DNA of 64,000 bases from Camelus ferus. Its lineage: Eukaryota. Shown here piece after piece: positions 23,968 through 36,386 of this stretch. The stretch covers positions 64,232,001 through 64,296,000 of the forward strand of contig NC_045699.1 in NCBI RefSeq assembly GCF_009834535.1. The letters are read 5' to 3'. How positions within the stretch are numbered: the first letter of the stretch is position 1; the number at the start of each line of letters is the position of its first letter. The position numbers were made by a program, and so were the translations under genes. The notes under the pieces were generated by a model, which did not search any database, had not been told where the DNA came from, and saw only the letters and a list, made by a program, of their open reading frames with translations.

Positions 23968-24945
23968 CCAGGTGCAGCCACTCTGGAGAACAGTATGGAA
24001 GTTCCTTAAAAAACTAAAATAGACTTACCCTATAATCCTGCAATCCCACTCTTGGGCATATATCCAGAGAAAACTCTAACTCAAAAAGATACATGCACCC
24101 CAATGTTCATAGCAGCACTATTTGCAATAGCCAAAACATGAAGGCAACAATGTCCTGACAGAGGACTGGATAAACTGGGATTTCAAAATTGTACAATAGA
24201 TAAACAAGATTATACTGTATAGCACAGGGAAATATATACAAGATCTTATGGTAGCTCACAGAGAAAAAAATGTGACAATGAATATATATATGTTCATGTA
24301 TAACTGAAAAATTGTGCTCTACACTGGAATTTGACACAACATTGTAAAATGATTATANNNNNNNNNNNNNNNNNNNNNNNNNNNNNNNNNNNNNNNNNNN
24401 NNNNNNNNNNNNNNNNNNNNNNNNNNNNNNNNNNNNNNNNNNNNNNNNNNNNNNNNNNNNNNNNNNNNNNNNNNNNNNNNNNNNNNNNNNNNNNNNNNNN
24501 NNNNNNNNNNNNNNNNNNNNNNNNNNNNNNNNNGTGAAGTAAGTTAGACAGAGAAAGACAAATATCATACAATATCACTTATATGTGCAATCTAAAAAAA
24601 TGATACAAATAAACTTATTTACAAACCAGAAATAGACTCACAGACATAGAAAACAAACTATGGTTGTCAAAGAGGAAAGGGGTGGCAGGAAGAGATAAAT
24701 TTGGAGTTTAGGATTAACATATATACACTACTATACATAAAATAGATAAACAATAAGGACCTACTGCATAGCACAGGGAACTATATTCAATCTCTTGTAA
24801 TAACCTATAATGGAAAAGAATTTGTAAAAGAATATGTGTATATGTAAAACTGAATCACTTTGCTGTACACCTAAAACTAATACTACATTGTTACATCAAC
24901 CATACTTCAATAAAAAATAAATTTAAAAAATTGTATCTCAGAATT
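23968..24945 (+). mobile_element. L1 3' end carrying a nested younger L1 tail (about 24180-24356+), inside an LTR remnant
   Basis: The older L1 jumps at gactggataaa to the ctgggatttc young tail and resumes after the N-run (gtgaagtaagttagac). Diverged TSD aaaatcatatcccag / aaaattgtatctcag. Confidence 0.75.
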
Positions 24946-25654
24946 GGCCTGATGAGGTCACCACATTAGCCACCAGCTAATCACAGCCACTTGTATCCCC
25001 ACCAACACTACCAGCAATGGGCACCGGGCATAGCACTTGGAGGCCTGAAAACCAGACGTGACCTCCTCCAGAATGCCCTTACTTAGCTGCTCTTTGTCCT
25101 TTTCTTCCATTATTTCCTCATGTGTATGNNNNNNNNNNNNNNNNNNNNNNNNNNNNNNNNNNNNNNNNNNNNNNNNNNNNNNNNNNNNNNNNNNNNNNNN
25201 NNNNNNNNNNNNNNNNNNNNNNNNNNNNNNNNNNNNNNNNNNNNNNNNNNNNNNNNNNNNNNNNNNNNNNNNNNNNNNTACTGTGAATGGGTCACTGTCA
25301 GGGTGCCTCTACATCTATTGTACTCATCAAATCCTTAAAATAACCTTAAATTATAGATACTATTTCTCTTTTTCACAAATGGATAGCTGAGGTAGAAAGT
25401 AGTTGAAAAAATTGTCAAGGATCACTATAGTGTAAGCCCTGACAATTTGTTTTTCTTTTTGTAATGCAAGTGCCTGACTTAAGCATTGAATGAGGAAGCA
25501 TCTGCTTCAAAGGGTATCTTGACATATCACCAGCCACGTGGGATAAAGAGCCAACTCCCACCCAACCCCACTTCCTTTGTTTAGAGATGTTGGTTGATTT
25601 AGATTGACAGATCATTTGGGCCACTTGATTTTATTTTTCCTGTGTTTTAAATCC

Positions 25655-26475
25655 NNNNNNNNNNNNNNNNNNNNNNNNNNNNNNNNNNNNNNNNNNNNNN
25701 NNNNNNNNNNNNNNNNNNNNNNNNNNNNNNNNNNNNNNNNNNNNNNNNNNNNNNNNNNNNNNNNNNNNNNNNNNNNNNNNNNNNNNNNNNNNNNNNNNNN
25801 NNNNNNNNNNNNNNNNNNNNNNNNNNNNNNNNNNNNNNNNNNTTTTGAAGTAGGGTTCTTTCTGCATATATGCCCAGGAGCAGGATTACTGGGTCATATG
25901 GTAANNNNNNNNNNNNNNNNNNNNNNNNNNNNNNNNNNNNNNNNNNNNNNNNNNNNNNNNNNNNNNNNNNNNNNNNNNNNNNNNNNNNNNNNNNNNNNNN
26001 NNNNNNNNNNNNNNNNNNNNNNNNNNNNNNNNNCTTTTGAATGATGGCCCTTCTGACTGGTGTGAGGTGATACCTCATCGTGAAGTAAGCCAGAATGAGA
26101 AAGAAAAATACCATATGAGATCACGCACATGTGGAATCTAAAAAAAAGAAAAAAGAAAATAAATACAAAACAGAAACAGACTCATAGACATAGAACACAA
26201 ACCTGTGGTTGCCAAGGGGGCAGGGGGTGGGAAGGGACAGACTGGGATTTCAAAATGTGTAGATACTGACAGGCATATGTAGAATAGATAAACAAGATTA
26301 TACTGTATAGCACAGGGAAATATATACAAGATCTTGTGGTAGCTCACAGCAAAAAAAAAAAAAAAGTAACAATGATTATATGTATGTTCATGTATAACTG
26401 AAAAATTGTGCTTTACATTGCAATTTGACACAAAATTGTAAAATGACTATAACTTAATAAACAATGTTTTTTAAA
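25655..26475. mobile_element. 5'-inverted L1 (minus 25655-26079, plus 26080-26475)
   Basis: Minus-strand ORF2 end (LPYDPVILLLGIY, MRYHLTPVR) is joined directly to plus-strand 3'UTR plus tail. Candidate TSD aaatcc. Confidence 0.85.
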
Positions 26476-26713
26476 AAAATCCCTTCTCTTACGACTTTAC
26501 ATGCATCAATAAAGAGCGAAGCTGGGAAACCTTGGGCCCCCACCTTCAACCCCAACAAAAGCAGAACCCCAAGCCCATGCTCTCTCCATCTCTCTATCTG
26601 CAACTTCATTGGGCAACCCCAGGTGTGCCTTGTACTTTCCGGGACCTGGGAGTAATAAACTTTTTTTTTTCAAAGCTTCTCAGCAAACTGCTGAGGGTTT
26701 CTTGCAATCAGAA

Positions 26714-26815
26714 GTATGCTGTACACCCAGAAATTGACACAACATTGTAAGCTGACTATACTTCAATAAATGTATATACAAAAAAATACAAGAATGAATA
26801 CTTAAAAAAAAAAAA
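26714..26815 (+). mobile_element. Very short L1 3' tail
   Basis: tgctgtacacccagaaattgacacaacattgtaagctgactatacttcaataaa plus A-rich tail. Confidence 0.8.
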
Positions 26816-27291
26816 AGAATTACAAGTGTCACTCCAGCCCACTGGTTATCAGTAGGAACAAAACAATCACACAGCAAGTAATGCTGAACCTGGAATTCTA
26901 ATCCTTAGTATCTGTCTCCAGAGCCCATCCCCTTAACAACTGAAGCACCTTCAACTAAGCCCTTTAGCATTTTCCCTTGGGCTACTGAACTCTCTTTTGT
27001 TCTGACCTCTTTAAGTAAAATAATTTTGGGGAGATCACATGCTTGCACAAAAGAGCTACTTATTTCTATTGTTTCAGTGTAATTATAAATATGGCCCCTT
27101 ATCTTTCAAAGGGGTGCATTTCTTTACACCAATGATGANNNNNNNNNNNNNNNNNNNNNNNNNNNNNNNNNNNNNNNNNNNNNNNNNNNNNNNNNNNNNN
27201 NNNNNNNNNNNNNNNNNNNNNNNNNNNNNNNNNNNNNNNNNNNNNNNNNNNNNNNNNNNNNNNNNNNNNNNNNNNNNNNNNNNNNNNNNNN

Positions 27292-29105
27292 TGGAAATAT
27301 ATCTCATGTGCATGGATAGGAAGAATTAATATTGTCAAAATATCGATGCTACCCAAAGTGATATACAGATGCAACACAATCCCTATCAAAATTCCAAAGG
27401 CATTTTCACACATACACACACAAATTTTAAAATATGTGTGGAACCATGAAACACTCTGAATAGTCAAAGCAATTTGGAGAAAGAACAAAGCTGGAAAATC
27501 GCACTTCCTGATTTCAAACTATATTACAAAACTACAGTAATAAAAACAGTATGGTATTAGCAAAAAAAAAAAAAAGACACATGGACCACTGGAGCAGAAT
27601 AGCGATCCATAAATAAACCCAAGCACAGACAGCCAAGTAATCTTTGACAAAGTTGTCAAAACACACAATGGGGAAAGGATAGTCTCTTGAATAACTGGTG
27701 TTGGAAAAACTGGATATTCACATGCAAAAGAATGAAACTGGACTCCTAGCTAATACTAGCCATGGAAATTAATTTGAAATGAATTAAAGATTTGAAATAT
27801 AGGACATGAAACTATAAAACTCCCAGAGGAAAACAGGGGAAATGTTTCTTGACATTGGTCTTGGCAAATTTTTTTTTTGGTTACATCATCAAATCACAAA
27901 CAAAAAGCAAAAATAGACAAGTGGGACTATATCAGACTCAAAAATTTCTGCACATCAAAATAAACAATCAACAAATTGAAAAGGCCAACTATGTAATGGA
28001 GGAGATACTTGCAAACCATATATTTGATAAGATTTACCAGCCAAAGCATGTAGGGAGTTCATACAACTCAATACAAAACAAAACAAAACAAAACAAAACA
28101 AAACAAAACAAAACAAAACAAAACAAAAACATATAATCCTATTTAAAAATGAGCAAAGGACCGCAATAGAATTTTTCCAAAGAAGCTACACAAAGTGGCC
28201 AACAAGTATATGAAAAAGTGCTCACCATCACTAATCATTAGGGAAATGCAAATCAAAACCACAATGAAATTACCTCACACCTGGTAGAACTGGCTGTTAT
28301 CAAAAAGACAGGAAGTAACAAATGCTGGTGAAGTTATGCAGAAATTAGAACGCTTTTACACTGTTGGTGGGAATATAAAATGACGCAGCTGCTATGGAAA
28401 AGAGCACAGAAGTTCTCCAGAAAATTAAAAATAGAGCTACCACATGATCCAGTAACTCTTCTTCTCACTATATACACAAAGGAATGAAATTAATGCCTCA
28501 AAAAGATATCTGCACTCCCATGCTCACTGCAGCATTATTCATAAGTGAAAAGATGTGGTAACAACCTGAGTGTTGGTCAGCAGATGAACGGATAAAGGAA
28601 TTGTGGCATATAGTATACACACAATGAATATTATTCATCCTTTAAAAATAAAAAGGATACCTTGCCATTTGTAACAACATGGATGAAACTGAAGGACATT
28701 ATGCTCAGTGAAATAAGCCAGACCACAGAAAGAAAGCAAAACTGCATGACATCTCTTATATGTGGAATCTTCAAAAGTCAAATACATAGAAATAGGTTAC
28801 AGAGGCAGGGAATTTGGGGAAATGGGTAGATGTTAGTCAGAGGATACAAAATTGTAGTTATATAGAATGAATAAATCAAGAGATCTAATGTACAGCCTGT
28901 GGGTTATAATTAATAACACTGAATTGAATCCTAGAAATTTGCTAAGAGATTAGATTCTGGGTGCTCTCACCACACACAAAAAAGGTAACTATGTGAGGAG
29001 ATGATATGTTAATTAGCTTGTTAATTAGCTTAGTAATCACATCAAATCATCATGCTGTATACCTTAAATATATACAATGTTTATTTGAAAAATAAAATTA
29101 AATGA
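27292..29105 (+). mobile_element. Older L1 (ORF2 C-terminal region plus 3'UTR)
   Basis: ggataggaagaattaatattgtcaaaat..., ggaaaaactggatattcacatgc..., and an L1MA-type 3' end. Confidence 0.92.
28074..28130. repeat. (AAAAC)n pentanucleotide repeat
   Basis: Eleven or more consecutive caaaa units. Confidence 0.92.
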
Positions 29106-29109
29106 AGAA

Positions 29110-31400
29110 AATAAGGAAAATTTCTGGTGTTCCTGCCTCACTCCTTGATGACTTCAACATCTGATACTCTAAATTTCTCCACCACTATTTAATTATTACT
29201 TTTGGAAATACAATTATCCACAGAAACGGCTTATGTAACTAACAACTTAGATTCTCAGTTCCTGAACTGTTGAGCTTCAGCAATCTATTCCTTTACCCCC
29301 TCTCAGTCCCCGACTTATGTGCTCATATCCTAGATGCTGCCATTATAAATAACTGAACAACTGGTGAAATCTCAGTTTTAAACATCTCATTATCAGCTTC
29401 CATTCCTTCACCTAATTTAATTTAGTTTTCCAACTCCAACAGTTCTCTGACACCAGTGGGATCTCTTATCCTTTGAAATTATTCTTTATTGTCTACTACC
29501 TAACTTAAACCTTTCCTTCTCACTTTAACAAGAATACGTTTTATGGTCCAGCACTCTAAACACCTTCTTGTAAACATCCTTAATTCTTTTGTTCCCTTTT
29601 GCTCTACCAGGCAAAACCCCAGCCCTAAGCAAAACCAGCCTTTTGTTTATTCATGACTGTGCTTGATTTGCTGAATATTATGGGAGAGTATCACCTAACC
29701 ATACTGATCTGACTAATTTTAAACTTGTGAACAAAGTATCCAGATGGGCATTCAATACTGGCAGCGCTGGGGCTTACCATAACATTTCCCAGTACTTTGC
29801 TTTCCCAAATGCTAGCATATTTCATGTCTTTCTGCAATTCTCAAAAACAACCCAGTTCCTACTACTCTCCGTTGGAATCTCTTCAAGTCTTCCTGCCATC
29901 AAATCCACCAGCCCACCTGCGTCTGAATCCCCATGCCCTGACTTCTTTTCTGTTGCAGGGGAAGAAATGGCTTGATTCTGTCGACTAGGGGGGAGATAAG
30001 CACAGACTAAAAGTTGAGAATTGTGTTTTATTTGGCAAACTTTCTGAGGACTCCTGCCTGGAAGGCAGCCTCAGCTAGCTCTGAGGGACTGCTCTTGAAG
30101 AGGTAAGGGAGGAGCCAAGATATGTAGGCGTTTTGCAACAAAAACCAGGTAGTCAGAACATCCAAAGATTGCTTAATTAAAGAAAACCAGACAACTCTAA
30201 TAAACTTAGTGCTTTTCTTTGTATGGGAAGATGCAAGAGTCTGGGCTCACTTGAAATCATTCCTTTGATATGGACCTAGCTATCTAAGGCCAGTACCCTG
30301 TTCTTTCACATCCTGAGTCCCCTCAGGGCTCACCATGGGGGGCAGTGGTGGGGGCTGATGGCTTGATGACAGTAGCATCCTTTGTTTGTTGATCTGACAG
30401 ACAACATTTTTCAGTCAGAGTTCCTAGACAAAATCATCTCCTTCACAGATGTTCATCCTCTTTCAAACACTTTATTCTAGCAATTAATTACTTTCTCTCT
30501 TGAATCATTAATTTTCCGTTATATACTGGATCATTTCTGTCAGCAGACAAACATATTTAATGTCACTAGTCTTTACAAATACTAGAAGAAGTTCTCCCCT
30601 CGACTCGTGTCCTTTTCAAGGTACACACCACTTTTTGTCTACCTCCTAAAAAAAATACTATACTGAAGAAATATCTATCATCACAGCCTTCACTTACTTT
30701 CTTGCAATGTTATCAAGAAATGACTGTAATTGTCATTGCCCCAACACTTCACAGAACTGCCCTTCTCAAAGCTTTCAATAATTTATATCTTGTAAAATCT
30801 AATAATCAGTTACCTGTTCCATGAATGACCTCTCATCTCTATTTGAGAGAGAGTGATCACTCCTATATTCTGGAAATACTCTTTTCTAGGATTCTGACAA
30901 ACTTACCTGCTTTCTTCCCAGTGATGGCCACTTCTCATTTTCCTTTGCTACTTCCTCTCTCAGACCTCTAAATGTTGGAGTGCACCCCCATCTCAGGGCT
31001 CTGCTCATAGTTCTCTTTTCTATACTCTCTCACTAGGCCATTTTATCCAGTCTTGTGGTTTCAAATATCATCTACATTTTGTTATGACATTTCTGTCTTA
31101 AGATAAGACCTCTCTATGAACCTCAGTAATTATGGATTCCACTGCCTATTAAACATCTCCACTTGGATAGACACCACAAAGTTATCACGGCCAAAACAGA
31201 GTTATTGATTTTGCACACCTCCACCCAACCAAATCCACATGCCCTCCACTTCCACAGAACCTTCCACAAATAAATCAACAGCATAATAATTCCACCTATT
31301 TTCACAGTCCATCCTCAATTCTTCTTTTTCCTTCACACATTACAGCTGGTTTATCAGTGTGTCTAAAGAGCTCTACTTACTATATGTTCCACATCTGACC
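29110..31400. mobile_element. Long degenerate L2, interrupted by an LTR
   Basis: Pyrimidine-rich L2 ORF2/3' motifs (tgatcactcc...tggaaatactc...cagacctctaaatgttggagtgc...tggtttcaaatatcatctac). Confidence 0.65.
29980..30418. mobile_element. Solo ERV1 LTR, MER41-like (ungulate type)
   Basis: ctctgagggactgctc...gggaagatgcaagagtctgggctcacttgaaatcattcctttgatatg...ctatctaaggccagt resembles the recalled laurasiatherian MER41-type LTR. Confidence 0.7.
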
Positions 31401-31984
31401 ACCTACTCCTGGTGTTAGAGTGAAGACTCCTCTGGTCTCTATTATCAGTGACACAAAAGATCAGATGGAATATTTCGGCCACTACACGTATTGAACTGCT
31501 TCTTATGACTGTGAGTTGAGAATGACAAGAGATCACAAAATTGTCCCAATTTTACAAGAGGCTTAGGCTACTCTATGGTTTACTCAAAAATCACTCTTCT
31601 AGATGACAGTATTGTAACTCACTTTGACTTCTCTCTGGAAAGCAGCACGTGCCATGCCTTTGCTAAGGTGATCAAAGTTCTGCAGGCCATACTGATTTGT
31701 AATAGTTTGGCTTAGTCATCTCCTATGTCCCATATTAGATCTGAAAGATGAGAATTTCAGGTTTGCTGATTTTAAATATCTTTTCTTTTCCAGCGTGGTG
31801 AGATTCTGGGTCACTCAGTGGAGGACCAGAACGACTTATTCACAAACTCACTTCTTCCCAAATCTCAACAAGAGGAAGCCAGCAGGGAAGATTATTCCAC
31901 AGGAGTGTGAACCACACCAGTTATTAGGAGTGTAATCCATCTACGTGAGGCATTTTCAAGTTAGATCTTAGCTCCTCCTTGGGT

Positions 31985-32968
31985 TCAGGAGATGTGCTGA
32001 CATTTCTCACTTGCCTGGGAATCACGTTGGACGTTTCCTGAGATGCAGAGTTTCCTGAAAAGCCTTCGCAGAGCACCCTTGACCTCCTGGTTCCTCAGGC
32101 TGTAGATCAATGGGTTTAGCATAGGAGTAACTATCGTGTAAAAGATGGCAACCTGGCGATCCTGGTCCAAGTCATAGCTGGACGATGGCCGGAGGTACAT
32201 GCGGGTCACAGAGCCATACAGGAGCAGCACAACCAGGATGTGGGAGCTACAAGTGCACAGGGCTTTGCCCAGGGCAGCAACTGAGCGCATGTGGGCTATG
32301 GCGACACCGATGCGGGCGTAGGAACCTAAAATGAAGAAGAAGGGGCTGACCACCACAGCCACACCTTCGGTAAATATTAGCATTTCATTGACCACCGGTC
32401 GGGTGATGAGAGCTTCAGCAAAGGGGTGATGTCACAGAAGAAATGGGTGATTTGATTGCCGCAGAAAGTTAAACGGGTGACCAACACACTATAAAGGAGG
32501 CTGTTGAGGCTGACGACCACCCACAAGTTCAACGTGTTGCGCAGACAGAGGCGACGGCTGATGGTGGCCGAGTATCTTAAGGGGTCGCAGATAGCAACAT
32601 AGCAGTCATAGGCCATGGCAGCCAACAGGTGGCCTTCCATGCTGCCCACAGCCATAAAAAAGAAGAGCTGAATCATGCAGCAGTTAAAGGAGATGGTTTT
32701 ATTCACAGACAGTGAGTGCACCAGCATCTGGGGAACAGTGATGGTGGTCAGAAATATGTCAATAAAGGAAAGTTGGCTGAGCAGGAAATACATGGGGGTC
32801 TGAAGCTTGGGGTAGGAGAGGGCAACAATTACTAATAGGGCATGGCCCATAACAGCCACCAGGTACATGGTAAGGACAATCTCCCAAAATAACAGGTTGC
32901 ATCTCTGGCCAGCTGGACAGGCCCAGTAAGACAAATTCAGTTACTTCTGTCCTGTTTCTAGTGGCCAT
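31985..32968 (-). pseudogene. OR12K-like olfactory receptor pseudogene, two frameshifts
   Basis: Three overlapping ORFs (32759-32968, 32377-32934, 31985-32395) give MATRNRTEVTEFVLLG...LQTPMYFLL...MAYDCYVAIC...HFFCD...PMLNPLIYSLRN. There is a +1 shift near 32882 and a -1 shift near 32410 (the LSC Cys codon is broken), and DRY has become DCY. Acceptor ctttgcAG at 32989-32988. OR12K is assigned from its position between OR1Q1 and OR1B1 as in mouse. Confidence 0.85.
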
Positions 32969-34599
32969 AAGACACGATCCACATCACCTGCAAAGAGCAA
33001 GTGTTAGGATCAAATAATGCTGACATTTACCCGGGGATCTCTTTTAGGAAACTCCTCTTGCATGGATGTCCCTAGCTTTCCAAAATGATTTTTTCTTTAA
33101 TTTCTCTCCCTTGCCATTGTTTTGGGATCCATCCACTCACCCACCCACTCTTTAGTATATTCTAAGTTCATTTATTGACCATTGAAAATCTCTCAATTTT
33201 ATTGATACTCAATAGGATGAAATCACACACGGTCCCGGCTTTCGTGAAATTCACTGTATAACAAGGAGGGCATCACTAAACACGTAATTTCTTTGGTGCT
33301 TGCTGCGTGCTAGAGAGCAAACTAAATATCAAACATTTGAGCCTCACAACAATTCCACATGGTAGAATCTACTTTCAATTTCATAGTACAGATGAGAAAA
33401 TTAAAGCAAAGAGAATACTCTACCGAAGGTCTTAGAGGATATGAGCAACAAACCTGGACTTAACCTTGATAGTTTTATTGGACTTAAGCACCACACTTCA
33501 CTAGTGATCAGAGTTGGAAAGAGAAGAGAAAGATGTCAAGACTCCAGCCAGATGTCTGAGTCTCCACTTTTGATGGAGCACTAAAGTGAAGATCTGGTCC
33601 TAGCTTTGGATGTCCAGAAACTCAACTTTGTTCTTTTGGTCAGGGAGCTCTCTTGTTCCGTTACGTCAACTGAACCTACCTGGGATGAGAGTAACAATGA
33701 TGAATATAATCGTTGATTTTATTAATGATTTATTTTCAAGGAATAATACAATCTGCCAGTGGATGAGATTCTCGTGACTTTTCAGCTTAGATTTTCCCTA
33801 CCGGTAGATTTACATGGTACGAAGAGGTGACTTTTTGAGGTTGCTGTAGCAATAAGGATCTACTTCTTCATGAATGGGAGAGAAATAATTTTAAAATAGT
33901 AGAGTGTAAGAGAACATATAATAAAAAGAAAAGTTCTCTTACCCTAAGTTTACACACCTCCATGTTTAGTTTTACCTCTTCTGATGGTTTAAACCTCTAT
34001 GCCTCTAAAAAATGTGCTACTTGCTTATACATCTAAGAAACAGTTTTATCAACTTAAGATATCTTTCAGCTCTCTATTTTGAAAAATGAAGTTTTACTTT
34101 TTTACATTATCCTCACTCCTCTTCCTCCTTTCTCCAATTTTGCAATGATTTCAGCTCTTCAATTAGCTGGTTTTATCCTTTTAAATGGTATGCTTAAGTC
34201 TACATTCCATCCACTTATCTTCCTCACTCTTGCATCCTCCCAAACTTTGGAAAGCTGTACCTTGATCTGTATATTGTCAAGATTGAAAACATACAAAAGA
34301 TGAGTTGTAGCCACAGGTAAGTCTTCCAAGTAAATGCTGAAAATTGGTGGAAAATATTTACATCAGCATAACTACATAAATATTTTTCCCTGCAGAGCCA
34401 AATGACAGTGCTATGGTTGCATTTATTCTTGAATGAGTCCAGTGTTCCACCCCACCAGAAGCGAATATTCCTAACATTCAGATAAAGAATCAAAGCCATT
34501 CTAAGGACATTGCTCTTGGTGCTTTCTTTACTCTAAAGATCACTATATTAGTATCAAGGTATTTAGATTTCAGACTTCGGAATATTTTCTGGAATGAAA

Positions 34600-35340
34600 A
34601 GGAATATTTCATATTTATAGAGTGACAGTTCATCAAAAAGAAATGACAATCCTAAACATATGTGCCTATGACAAAGTCTAAACTGAGGTAACTGAAGAGG
34701 AAAATAGACAAATCTACAATTATACTGGCAATGTCAGTACTTTTCTCTGTTAATCATAGAAGGTAGATTAAAAAAATTGGTGAAATACAGAAGATGTAAA
34801 TTGGGGCTAAATAACATTTGTGTATCATCCTACCCCAAAATAACATTTTCTTCTCAAGTTGAAATGGAGCATTCAACAAGATGGATCATTTGTTGGATTA
34901 GTAAATGTCTCAATATATTTAAAATGTCTTAAATCGTGAAATAGTGCAGAGTATCTTCTCTTAACAAATGAAATTAAATTGTTAACTTCATTAATTCACA
35001 GAAAAATTTTAAAAACACAGTTTGAACACAATGGTTTAAAAACTCAGAAAATATGAATTTAAAAATTCATATTTCATTTGAATAAAAATTAAACAACTAA
35101 TTCAAATTTTTATTAAAGTGGTGCTTAAAGAGAAAATTATAGCTTAAAATATTTATATTAGAAAAGAAAAGCATGAGCTATCAGTTACTATTACGCACCA
35201 ACTAGAAAGACTGAAATTAAAAATTTAAAAACCGAAAATACTAATTTTGATGAGACTGTGGAGTTACAGGGCATCTAATGCATTTTACTGGTGGGAAAGT
35301 AAAATTGTACATTTAAAAAAAAATAAAGATCACATATTGA
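34600..35340 (+). mobile_element. Ancient L1 ORF2 endonuclease-region fragment
   Basis: aatcctaaacatatgtgc..., ttcttctcaagt...gagcattcaacaagatggatc. Confidence 0.6.
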
Positions 35341-36204
35341 GCAGGAGCTCAAAAGATAAAACTTGCGTATTTCAGTGTGTCTTCTTTTGTCTTTATTTCT
35401 TCCTGTATCCTTCTCTGTGTCAGTGGATGTAGCTCCAACTATAAGCTCTTGTGACCCCATTATGCATTCAAGGCAGTGGCCACCCACGGATACTTACATG
35501 GAGGTATAGGTGAAGGTGAACGAGGAGACAAGATGGAAGGAAGACAGATTGAATAAGTCTCTTCACGGGGACAAATTGAGAGAAAATGGTCTCCAAGAAG
35601 GAGAGGGTGTCAAAGTACAGATTTATCCATTATGAGGATAAGAATATAATCACATGGAGTCTGTTTTCTTCCAAGCAAAGCAAAACTGTATTTTGAGATC
35701 AATTATATGCAAAAACAGTAATAAGCAGTGGTATTGCTCTTGTTGGCTCACTTCTTCTATACTCATCGCTCCAGCTTTGTCATTTTCCAGTATCTTAACA
35801 TTTTTCTCATCAGAGTCTGAGCTCTGTGGATCCTGTTCAGGCAACTTTGAGAAATCGAGGATACTGATGTTGGCAGAAGACAGAGAGAGGAATAGTTCAT
35901 TTAGGAGAGAGGTGAAAATATACACATGTATAGATTTGGACACCTCAGAATAGGAAACTAAACTGAAATATGGGAGAAGAACAAAACAAAAGGAAGGACC
36001 CCTGGAATGAGACAGAAAAACATCTCAGGTTTCCCAGTTCCCCACCTGGTACCTTAGGGACGTACAGAGTCATGAAGAAGGGAGAAACCTTGAGTGTCAA
36101 ACCCTAATCATGCTGATTCTTGTCTTTCTTCTTTGATGAAAGCACCAAGGGACAGATGAGTCTTCACTGTTTTATCAATATCTAAATGTTAGGAATACAC
36201 TCTC

Positions 36205-36226
36205 TATAATGCCTTCTTTTTGGTGT

Positions 36227-36270
<44 letters not shown>

Positions 36271-36386
36271 ACATGTATGTGTTTTGTTTTTTTAATGGAG
36301 GTACTGGGATTGAACCCAGGACCTTTGAATGCTAGGCATGTGCTCTACCACTAAGCTATACCACCACCCCCCCAATATAATGCCTT
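36205..36386 (-). mobile_element. vic-1-like SINE with (TG)n in its tail
   Basis: SINE core at 36296-36372; TSD tataatgcctt at 36205-36215 and 36376-36386; (TG)n at about 36222-36267. Confidence 0.92.

Noticed and set aside
28074-28130. CRISPR-like or functional array
   Set aside because: It is a simple pentanucleotide repeat in an A-rich L1 tract with no spacers. No CRISPR structure occurs anywhere in this eukaryotic window.
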